From assembly GCA_964057225.1 (NCBI GenBank), contig OZ059897.1:12958001-13022000 (forward strand): a stretch of DNA of 64,000 nt. The letters are read 5' to 3'. Under the pieces are notes generated by a model, which saw only the letters and a program-made list of their open reading frames with translations, did no database searches and had not been told where the DNA came from. Positions 1 through 11,190 of this stretch are shown piece after piece (position 1 is the first letter of the stretch; each line of letters opens with the position of its first letter). Source of the stretch: Auanema rhodensis (Eukaryota; Animalia; Nematoda). Made by a program: the position numbers and the translations under genes.

Positions 1-172
1 CACTCACATTACTTTTTTTCTACCTACCTTACCTTTGTTTTATTTTTGTTTTTTTTCCCAAGCTCTACGCATATTTGTATTTTCCTCTTTATTTTCAACC
101 TTGTGTAACGACAGGGCCAAGCCACATGTGTCTCCTTTGAACATCTGACTTGTTTATTTAAAAAAACTTAAA

Positions 173-226
173 TCAGACCTGAATAGATTCTTATCATTCA
201 GAGAATGTAGATGTCATGTTCATCAT
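173..226 (-). ncRNA. Candidate compact C/D-box snoRNA
   Basis: ATGATGA, 18 nt, CTGA, ATGATAA, 14 nt, CTGA in the correct order. No terminal stem and no verified target. Confidence 0.25.
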
Positions 227-901
227 CGACACACTCGTTTCATATTTGGCCATTAGAACCGCATCTCCTGAAGAACCCGATATGAGCTGTCGATACTTTA
301 TTGGTCTCTTCGTCTTTTTTCGAAAAAAGGCACAATCGCAGTAAAACAGCGATTACGGGTGAGATGGAACTTTTTTCCATTATACCTATCTCATCGTTCG
401 GCAGAGAATAACACATACTTGTCTCTAAAAACTCAAAATCTTCAACGCTTGCTCGCTATTCATCTGAGCATTCAGACATTCCGTGTTACTTTATCGCCGT
501 TCCTTCACCCACTTTATATATTGAGTTATTTATTCACAGCTTAGTCATTCCTATCCAATTCATGTAACTTCAGCAAAATTCCCGGTTCATTTTACGAGTA
601 GCGTTATCATTATGAAACCACTAATTAGTTGGTGCTTTCAAAAAAACGGAAAATTTGAAATAGAAGTAAATGCTGCCTCCATGTTTCCAATTGTACTAGT
701 CTTCAGACAGTTTATACAATTTCAACTAGATTTGTTAAAGACATTAACTATAGTAATAAACAGTAGCAAAAAAAAACAATGTTCATCATAGACATATCTC
801 AACAACAACGAAAACGAAACAAATTTCAACAATATCCAGTAGTTTAAAATATGAATCTTTACAACAAAACTATGAAATAGTTTGCTTATATAACAACCTT
901 T

Positions 902-1959
902 TTATAATCTGTCATTAGAACGGCTTGCAATATTTCGCAAAGTTCCGTATACTTTAGATGGTGGTGATCCTGAAATCAAAATTTTAAAATGGAAAAGATA
1001 TATATTGCATACCCAAAATTAAACTGGATATGGCATTTCTTGCAAGCTTCAAATTTTGGAAAGCTCCTAATAGATGAATTTTGGTATCAGCAAGAACTGA
1101 AAAAAAAATTGAACGCTTCACGCAACATAGTAAGTTTTACCAATTCTGGTTTTAGTAACATTTTCAATAACAAGCTTAGTACGGCCATCTTTTCCAGCAA
1201 TACGTCCTATTGCTCTGCTTAAATGATCACCTTTAAGAGATGCTTTAACATCAGCGACCTGAAGAAGTTATGAATTTACAAACAACCAACATTAGTAGTC
1301 ACCTCGAAAGTTTCTAAGAAAAGATGATCTAATCTGATTAATGCTAAAGCATCATTAACATCAAATCCAAGAATAAAAGCACGCACAAAATCAGCAGCCT
1401 GAGTTTACTTATATGTTATAAGTGAAGAAATACAAATTCACCTTTTGTAAATCCGTTGTTTCTTCTCTATCTAGAGGATTTCTGATTTCAACATGTCTAC
1501 TTTTGATATTAAATCTACAAAAAAAATTTGAAGCGAGAAGAGACAAAGCTGCTCACCTCACTTGCAATCCCAAGTTCTTGACTATGGGCGTGAAAATACT
1601 AGACCAGTTCTCTTTGAGAGCATTATAACGATGTTTAGGTACAGATACTCTTCTCATCTCTCCTTTTTCTCCACGTGTTCGCTTAGCGCGCTTGGATGGT
1701 TCTTCCTTTTCATTCTGAGCTTCCTCAGTCTCATCTGCCATATCTACATCCTTAGCTGATCTACGCTTTCTTCTGGACTAAAAAATATTTACTTGGTATA
1801 AAAATTCTAAAAATTACTTACAACAACTTGGAAATCATCTCCCTCTTTAGCTACTCCAGTTGAGTTCTGCTCAATTAAAGATGGTAAAGTGGCCGGAACA
1901 TCGACATCGATGAGATCTGGCATATCATCCATAGTTTCCATTGGTAAATCATCCGCCAT
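902..1959 (-). CDS. PNO1: PNO1/Dim2 KH-domain 40S biogenesis factor (multi-exon)
   Basis: ATG at 1959 directly after acceptor ttttcatag. Exons give [35 protein letters not shown] motif [31 protein letters not shown] and C-terminus [22 protein letters not shown] (TAA 902-904). Confidence 0.95.
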
Positions 1960-2129
1960 CTATGAAAAACGTGAATAGAACAGAATTAAGAAAGTTTAGA
2001 AGTAATCAATGTTCAGAACATGATATTTGGTTATGTTAATAACAAAAGAAAATAAAACATTATTAAGTTCAACAACAAAAACAATGTAACAATAAGAGTT
2101 GTAACAAACAATATAATATACAAACAAAT
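1960..2129 (-). promoter_or_regulatory. Probable intercistronic region of a TBL3-PNO1 operon (Ur-like element and trans-splice acceptor)
   Basis: 170 nt from stop to next ATG, U-rich. Stem-loop ATCATGTT-CTG-AACATTGAT (2005-2024) is followed by TACTTC (1999-2004), resembling stem-loop plus UAYYUU, about 40 nt upstream of the AG at 1960. Confidence 0.7.
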
Positions 2130-5100
2130 TTAATTTAATCTCATTTGATCCCAAGTAAAATCTAATAAAGTAACATCTTGTCTTGCTTTATTTAGCCTTT
2201 CCATATGTCTGTAACATAATTTATTAATTGAATACTTTAGGTAAGTTAGAAAGATACCTCTTTGTATAGGGAATTAGTGATTGAACGACTGAACTGATAT
2301 TAGTGAACTTCAATAACTCTTCGGGAGAATGAATCAATAAAAGAGAATTAATAACCTGCTGTCCGATCTTTAATTTATTTTTTGAATTGGATTGAATAAC
2401 TTCACAATATATCTTCAAACCTGCGATGTTTTACTATTAGTATTCCATCTTGTTGTGAAATCTAATAGTACTTGTGTTTTCAAAGTATCTAGTCGAGCAA
2501 GAGATTCCACAAGCTCGCCACGATCAACCAATTTGTCTATGACTTTAAAAGCACAATAAGGACGGACAAGTCCTAGAGCGAATTCTAGTGCTTCCTGATA
2601 GCGGTCTTGTTCTAGCAAATTGCTTAGAGTCTAAATATCAAAATATAGAAAAAAAAGGTATGACGGAAAATACCTGTTCTTCTTGTAACTTTTTCCTATA
2701 CTTGTTCTCGTCTTCCTGACGCTTTTCGTCAGAAATATCCTTCCAAACTACGATGCGTCCATCTGATCCAGCAGTAATATACTCGGATTCCTCGGCATTT
2801 GTGGAAAGTGACCAAATCTAGGATAATATGACCTGTACACAGTGATACTTGTTTAATATATACCTTATCAGTATGAGCCTCAATCGATGTTTCGCTCTCT
2901 CCGGTTGAGATACTCCAAATTTTCATAATACCTTCACTGTCTGCAGAAACCAATTGACTTCCGTGATTAACAAATATAACCTAAAAAAGCATATTCAATT
3001 TTATTCCAAAAAGTTAAACCAACATTAAAAACAGCTGAATTATGCCCCGAAAATGTTTGAAGGCAGCTTCTATCTTGTAAACTCCATAACTTGATCATCA
3101 TATCACCACTGCATGTCACAACTTTCTAAACCTTGCATAAAACACAATATTTATATCGAAATTATAAACCTGAGCATTAGGAGCAAATCTTGCGTCAGCC
3201 ACACCTCTTCTATGACCAACAAGGTTACCAGCTAATCCTAATTGCATTTTATTGGTGTCAATTTGCCAAAGTTTTCCCAGCTTATCCATTCTTTAAAAAA
3301 AAGAGATAAACAATCCGAGTAAACACAAACGTACCCTCCTGTAACGATTAGAGCATCAGTTAATGATATATCCATACAATTTACATCTTTGACGTGAGCT
3401 ACAAAGGTAGATGAACACATCAACTTGTCACTAAAAAAATCAATTAATCAACGAAACATAAAAATGACATACGCTTTTTCTAAAGTCGTTGGTTTGAACT
3501 CTTGATTGGCAAGTGACCACAATTTCAAAGTGGTATCAGTAGAAATTGAAGCGATGAATGGCTTTCTTGAGGATCGAGAAAATTTAACAGCATTTACAGA
3601 GCTTGTATGACCAGTGGCATGTGCAATAGGTTGAAGACTTGCTGCCTTGTTTTCACCACCAGCTATATTTAAGATTGCACATATAAAAAGTTTTATAACA
3701 CATACAAATCAGTTTCCAGAGAATGATAGAGTTATCCTTTGAAGAAGAAGCAACCAACGTTTTATCCCAATCAGCACAAGACAAATGTAAAACGCTTTCG
3801 GTATGGCCTTGATTGAAAGGTATATATAATAACTTGTGATCAAGAAAAATACCTGATATCAATTGACAGTCCCATGTGGTCGTGTCATACAAACGAATTT
3901 CTTTCGTATTAGAAGAAACGGCCAAATGGGAATTCTCTTTACCCACAAGACAACAGGAGTAAACCTTAAGTGAAAAGATTTTAAAGTTACTGCAGTGATC
4001 AAAATAATTCAATAATTAAAATAAATGTACTAGATGAGGAATGAAATTTCAAATACGAATAAAATCAAAAAAAAAGAAAGATCAATAATAAAAAGATAAG
4101 CATGAAATTTAGTTTCAGAAATATAATAACTATCATACTCTAAGTAAGAATATAGAAATATTAAAAAAATGATGAAAAAATTAAACAACTTACGTATCAA
4201 AGATATAATAAAACATTCTTACCTCATCATGATATCCTACAACTTGTCTTTGCACTCTCAAATCCTTGAAAGATACTACGAATAAATTTTCAGTCGCAGA
4301 TACAGCTAATAGCTGATCGCGAATAGGGTTATACACAAGTGAGTTAAGTTCATCACTAAAATTTGAAATATTAAATATTATATATATAAAGAAACATACT
4401 TTGAGATTTTTTGAGAACGTACAAGTTTTGCAGATGATACTATCCACTCTTTCAAAACACCTTGTTCACCAACAGTTACGAGATTTCCGTTATGTACCAA
4501 TACAGCTGATTCAATTGGTTCAAATAGAGGTAAAACCTTTAACAAAAGTAAATTCCAAACTTTTTTCAAAATAAATTACCTTCAACGTTTCTTTGGTTTC
4601 GGTTTCTAGAATGGAACATGACTGGTCGCGTGAAAGAACAACAACACGACGATCTTTTAATTCAACAATCTCTGTGACTTGACTAAAACTTTAAATAATG
4701 AAATATAATCCCAGATGAACAAACCTGGTGTGGTTTTCCCATTCATGAATAAGTTTTTTAACAGCACCTTTAATAAGATCAAACATGCAAACCTAAATTT
4801 AAAATATAATTTTCATAAGAAAGAGTACTGACTTTTCCGCTCATGTACCCTACAAATAGCCGATCGTTCTTCACGAACGACACAGCGGTGACAACATCGC
4901 TACCTTTAAAGTTATGAGTGCAATGCTGGTTGTTCATATCCCAAATCTGAATATTATAATTAAAATTATGAAAATAGCTTCTTATAAACCTTGACTGTGT
5001 GATCAGCTGATCCAGTAGCCAAAAATGTGTAATCAGAATTAAATTTCATATGCAAAATAGGAGCATCGTGAAAACTCTTCCACATTCTTGCAATCTGGGA

Positions 5101-5477
5101 TTTTTCTTCAGGTGAGGCAGGAATCGTGTATTCACGAACCTTAAAAAAAATTGTGTAAATTCATTATATGATAAAGACCCCACCATTTGATTATTATATG
5201 CTACAACTAATCTTTGTCTATCATTATCAAGACATATACAAGTTATTCTAACGGTATCATCTTCATCACCGATTGTATATCTTTAACTACAACATTTTAA
5301 GTCTGTATAAAATAACTAGACCTACGTTTCCAAATTATTATCTAAATTTAAAACTTTGACCACATTAGTACATGTAGAGAATAATAATTTTCCATCAGAG
5401 CTCCAAGTAACCACTCCTCCGGTATAAACAGCTTCTATGCTCCGTTTTACTTTCAAATGCTTTACTGAAGTTTTCAT
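2130..5477 (-). CDS. TBL3: TBL3/UTP13 WD40-repeat SSU processome component (many short introns)
   Basis: Start [29 protein letters not shown]. Multiple WD40 repeats ([54 protein letters not shown]). Utp13 C-terminal domain ([30 protein letters not shown]). Stop 2130-2132. Confidence 0.93.
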
Positions 5478-5780
5478 TCTGGTTTTCTGAAAAATTTAAA
5501 TATTTAAAAAGTTTATTTATGGAAAAAATAAAGTTTTGTAGAACTGAAATATAATGGCACAGTATTTAAAAAAAATAAATTGCTACAAGACCCTTTACAC
5601 TGTTACAGTCCTTTAATTTTAACGGTAGAGCGTGTGTTGGAAGCAGTTCCTGGAAAAGCTTTTAACTATATAAAACCGGTTTAGCTATGCATATCCTATT
5701 TTATTGTTTTCATTCATACCAATCGTTTTCTTTTCAGCACAGCATTCCTATATGTTCATATAGGACTTTTTCTTTAATAA
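5478..5780. promoter_or_regulatory. Bidirectional promoter between TBL3 and the GT7 glycosyltransferase
   Basis: Head-to-head ATGs about 300 bp apart. TATAAAA near 5668. Acceptor tttttcag 9 nt upstream of the TBL3 ATG. Confidence 0.6.
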
Positions 5781-7546
5781 ATGTTGTATTCATCGCTGTT
5801 AAGCCGAGGATGCTCTCCTAAAAAGTTTCTTTTACTTATTTTAACTTTAAGTGTCATTTACATTACTATTTTCAAGAGTTCCACTGAGTAAGATTTATAT
5901 TTTTCATTATATTTCACAAAAACTCGATTTAGAACATTCTATTTTTCTAAGGTTTTGCCTAGCAAAACGTATTCTCAGAAACCTGTGGTTGAGGAGAGGT
6001 AGATTGAAAATAACTTAATTTCGCTCATTTGTAATTGTCAATTAAGTCATGCTATTGTACAAGAGGAAGCTGATTTGGAGAATGAGAGGCAAACGATCAC
6101 TTTCCTAAATATGGATGAAACTACATTAAAGGAGACAATAAAAGCAACGTATGTTTTTAGCCTAAGCTAAGTGTGTCAAAAGTTTGAAAAATAGATTATC
6201 AGACTTCTTCATAATTCGGGAAATATAAAATATCATATAAAAGTGAAAAAGCATGAATTAATTATTCGAATCAAGAGACATTTTTGTGAAATTCTTTGTT
6301 TGATAATTATTTTACAGTAAGCTAACAATTCCACCTGACGGCGTGTGCCCCGAAGTTTCTGATATCACTGATTTGAAGGTGAGTATATGAATCCAACCTT
6401 TTTTTTTAAAAATATAAATTGATTTAGGGATCTCTGCCACAAGCTGTTCTTTTGATTCAAAATTTAAAAGAAGGAGAAGTTGTTGCTGTGCATCCAGAGC
6501 TTCGGCCAGGGGGGTCTTGGTCACCAAAAGATTGCAATGTAAGATATTATATTTTAGTTACAATAAGTGTTAAACTTTTTCTAGGCAAGATATAAGGTTG
6601 CAATAATTATTCCTTTCCGTGATCGTCAATCTCATTTAACACGATTATTAGCCTTTCTTATTCCTATTTTGCAACGTCAAAGATTAGATTTTCGTTTTAT
6701 AGTTACTGAGCAGGTTATTATAGTCAAGATATAGAATTTAGTATATTAATCATTTTAGTATGGTAATGATTTGTTTAACAAAGGCAAGATAATGAATGCA
6801 GCATTCGTTTTCGCTGAAAAACTAAATGTAGACTGTGTTATATTCCATGATGTTGATATGTTTCCACAGGTAAACGACAATATTGTTTTACTCTTAATAC
6901 TGTTTTATATAGGATGATCGAAATCCCTACTCGTGTCCTGATCAACCTCGACATCTTGGTGCATTTGTTAATAATTTGGGATATCAGTATGTATTGTTTG
7001 ATATTAAGAAAATATTTTTAAATTTCAGACTTTGGTATAAAGAAATTGTTGGAGGGGTATTAGCTGTTTCTGTTAAAGATTATAGGAATATTAATGGGTA
7101 TTCTAATATGTATTGGGCTTGGGGAGGGGAAGACGATGACATGGGTAAGATATTTAAAAATTTAAAAATACATTTATTAACTTTAGGAAAAAGAATTTTG
7201 TCATTAAATTACACCATAGAAAGACCAGATCCCGAAACCGGTAAATATTCTATGTTGAAACATGTTAAACGAAAAAGGACAGCACCCAAATTAATGTGAG
7301 ATAACTCTCTTCTTTGTATTAATCCTTTTTAATATGTTTTTTTCTAGTTATCATCTTTTGGATATCGCTGAACAAAGAGTTTCAACGGATGGACTAAATC
7401 AAACAGAACAATGGACTGTAAGAAAGGTATGTTTTGTACAAATATAGCTGTTAATCTCTTAATTAAAGACTACGGTGAAACCTTTGTACTATCATTTGTA
7501 CGTTGATGTAGGAGCTGTACCTTCTGAATGGAAAAAAACTACTTAA
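5781..7546 (+). CDS. GT7 beta-1,4-galactosyl/N-acetylgalactosaminyltransferase (bre-4/B4GALT family), type II membrane protein
   Basis: N-terminal TM (FLLLILTLSVIYITIF). Motifs PGGSWSPKDC, VAIIIPFRDR, FNKGKIMN, FHDVD (DxD), NGYSNMYWAWGGEDDDM and YSMLKH. Ends EWKKTT* (TAA 7544-7546). Confidence 0.93.
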
Positions 7547-8497
7547 AATAGTCCTTTCTACCAATTGATATAACCTAGTCGTCCTCTGAACGCTTTACAT
7601 TATACATATTCATATGAAATATCTCAATTAGCTCAAATGTATTCCATGAAAATTCTGAAAAACAATCGTTCCATACTTCATACAGATTTGAGATTTTTTT
7701 GTTCACCAATTTCTTTCATTTCGTTTTTTGCCTTCTTATTGCCCTCAGTGAAACGTGTATCATAGCATAATAATAAACATTTTCAAGGTTTCAACTAGCC
7801 ACTTTTTATAATTTTCATTTAAATTTCAAAAAAAGTTACCCATATCGGACCAGGTGAGTATTAATTCTGAGATTCAAGCAGTCTTTTATATTTCTGGCCT
7901 AATCAGCAGGATATCCGGAATAATACACATGCTGACCTAGATTAAGATGGAAATCAATTTGTCTTTCCTGCTTAATTAAATGTTTTCTCATCTAATCATG
8001 TTGCTCCAATTCTAGGATTTATACTTATAACTATGTGAATATACATTCTTTGCTGTACAATTTTTCGTATAACATCTTACCTAGTGGACATTTTTTAGTT
8101 ATAGTCGATTAAGCTTTAAGCTGATTTTACGAGTGGTCACCTGCTTAGGTCCATTACGACATGTCTAATAATGGCTGGTCTAGGTAACTATGGGGTTTAG
8201 CAGAATAGTTGTTGCACTTTTCTTATTCACTGCCCCTAGCTAGCCAAAAGAATAAGGCTTTAAGTATAGTACGAATTGTGCCGACTTCTATTTATATTCT
8301 TAGTTTTCGTTTTCTCTCACGAATCAGTTTTCATATTTCTTTTCGTTGATTTCTTATAGATCAATCAAATTTGTATCATTAAAAAGTAAATCCAAAGACT
8401 GAACCCAACTTGTCATAGAAAAATGTTCTCGTTCATTTACAATTTTTTATAGTTAAAAATAATTAAAAACTTACATTGGAATACAACATTTATTCAG

Positions 8498-8509
8498 ATG
8501 GCTGACAAT
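8498..8509 (+). CDS. Candidate distal first coding exon (MADN) of the Rab23-like gene
   Basis: tttattcag|ATG GCT GAC AAT|gtaggtaag. The phase-0 donor joins in frame to acceptors at 10080 or 10086. Confidence 0.4.
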
Positions 8510-10086
8510 GTAGGTAAGAAAAACACATCCACTAATGTTCTAACTATTATATTTACTTATTTTGTTACTTTTACTCGTTTTATTCAACTTTTAATGTTTG
8601 CTCCCTTAATTTAGAATTTTGATACCCAAAGATCATAAGATTTCATGATAACAAACAAATATGACAACGTTTTACTAGAAATTTACAATGAGGTCAACTA
8701 ACTTCGCTTATAAATATACACATATATGATACTTGATATATATATATATATACATTTTTGTTTTTGATACTTAACTAGACAAATCAAAAAGAATATTACT
8801 ATAATTTAAATCAAATACTAACATGATGTTTAGTTTAACTTTTTAAATTATATTTAATTAACCTGTTTCCATTATGTTATGTTGACACATACACGATCAA
8901 TGAGGGAAAAACTTGAAGTACCGCTTATTATCAAAAAGGTCCAACAAGATGCACAAAATTACTTTCATGTCTCAAAACAATCAAATTAACCAATTTCACA
9001 TGCATTTTGGTCTTTACCATTTCTTTAACAGGGCATATATTACCATTTGCTTTTCATTAATGTTCAGTATTTTTTCTTTCCTTCTTTTTAAGTGTGTCTG
9101 TGTATACTATTGCTCTCTTACGTAAGAAGGGTATAACGAACATTTTCTTAGATTTGCCAACCGGACTAGGTTTGGTGATGATCTAGAGCTGATCTGATGG
9201 CTTTACCGTCTTTCTTGAAAACCGGAAAATAGTTTGTATCCGGAACATCTTTCGTTTTTTCCATTGTAATTAGTCTAACGGTCTTTCTGTTTGCTTGTTT
9301 ATTTTTGTCTTTGTCGATCGGGTCTAAAGGATTAGAGAGTTTGCTTCAAGTACAAGCTTTCATCTATTTCTTCTTTGGATGTGCGAATCATCAACCTGTC
9401 TTCTTTATCATAGCAAATACTTTTTCGTCGAATATCATTTTTTATTTTGTTTTTAAGTATTATATTCTTTTTTAATAATCATATTATTAATATATATCAT
9501 TATTTTCATATATAATTCATAAATTCTTTTAAAAATTTAAAAATTTAAACGCACCTTACAATAATTTTTTGTTCGATCTTGAGAAAGGGGCGGAGAAACT
9601 GAAGCGATACTCATAAATCATGGTTAGTTAGCCAGAATAGTCGCTCCCCTCGAATGCTTCAAGTATTAATCTAATGCTTCCAAATCTTTTTATCAGTTAT
9701 TTCTTTATTTTAATGTTTTATCTTTAATATGCTTTTTCTTTTCCATTATCAACAAGACTGTGCCAATTTTGTTCATTACCTAATTCAATGAACAACACTT
9801 GTCATCTTGTTTTTGTTAAAAAAAGAAGAAACGTTAACAACAGTATTATATCCAAAAATTGGAACATTTCCTATTTTCTCTTCATGTTGTATTCGATAAT
9901 TATGGTCAATTATCTCTAGATAGCTGAGACCCAGCTGCCAGGCAAGCGATCTGCCAAACATGATCCGGTTGCTTTCTCTTTTTCCAATATGTTCTTTAAT
10001 TCACAACCTTTACTATAGTGGAAATATCTATGCTACTTTTACTCCTTTAGAGTTAACTATTTCAAAGTTCTATTAAATAGCCTCAG

Positions 10087-10883
10087 ATGGCATCGTTTGA
10101 TAAAGAATTTCGACTAGTAGTGTTGGGTGCACAAGCAGTAAGTTATAACAGATATTAATTTGATTTGTTTGCCATTTTAGGTAGGTAAAACATCAATAAT
10201 TGAATGCTTTTGTACTAATTTTGATGAAAATGGAAAGGGAAGTACAATTTTAAATCTAGATCAAGAGAAAATACGGATTAGTGTTCAAGAAAGCGAAAAG
10301 GTACAATTGTTTCTATCTACCATTCTTCTATTTTCGAATATTGTTTACATATCTCCGCTAATTCATTTATTTTTCAGTGGGAGAGCAGTTTTTTCACAAA
10401 GTTTGATGCGGTGGTCGTGGTATACTCAACAGATAGTTTCGATGTAAGTATTCATGTTATAATTTAATTCAAACTATGTATATTTAGACTTTCGAATACT
10501 GTATTGATCTGATAAAGTCGATCAGAACAGAAGACTATATTCCCATAGTGGTTGTAGAAAACAAAATTGATCTTATAGATCATACCGAAATTGAAAAAAG
10601 ACAAGTAGAGGCTTTCCTAAATGAGCTTCACCTCAGGTTATACAGAGCATCAGCATCAAAGGATTTTAATATTATGCATCCATTCGCATATGTCTTGGAA
10701 AAACTAACTAGGTATTTATTTTAAATTGTATTTATCAATTCATCATTTACAATACGCAGAAGCAAAGATGAGAATTGGAACACTACCAAGAAATCTCCAG
10801 TAGAACGCATTAGACTTCCTTCTCGAGAAGGTTGGGGAGAAGAACCAAAAGCATCTAAGAAAGAAAAGTGCTCGATAATGTAA
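10087..10883 (+). CDS. Divergent Ras-superfamily small GTPase, most like Rab23 (exons 10087-10137, 10181-10300, 10378-10443, 10488-10711, 10760-10883)
   Basis: FRLVVLGAQAVGKTS (G1), IPIVVVENKIDL (G4), LRLYRASAS (G5 region, Rab23-like) and C-terminal CaaX CSIM*. No DxxG G3 motif. Confidence 0.8.
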
Positions 10884-11190
10884 ATACAACAAATTTTGCC
10901 TAATATGTTATAATAAAAATAGTCTACAAATAAATATTAAACTTATGAGGCAAATTAAGTTTGATAAACTAATTGGGTATCAAGTAATAGGAATTCAGCT
11001 TAGACAAGTCAAAATTGAATTGGAAAGTCATATTATAAAGCGATTTGTGGATAGTGAGGCATAACATTCAACAAAACCTTGGGCTCTCCACAACAATCGC
11101 AAAACCGTAAAAAAACAAAAACATTCAAAAACAGTAGATTATCAATAAGGAGATGAAGTTGAGTGATATTTAAAAACTATTTGCATAATC

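Noticed and set aside
331-361. CACCCGTAATCG (miR-51/100-family seed) on the - strand
   Set aside because: The stem is only about 9 bp and the loop falls inside the would-be mature sequence.
8639-8652. X-box-like GATTTCATGATAAC near the Rab23-like gene
   Set aside because: Mismatch at a core position, and not at the usual ~100 bp upstream of an ATG.
9848-9866. U6-like text ATATCCAAAAATTGGAACA
   Set aside because: No ACAGAGA box and no remainder of U6.
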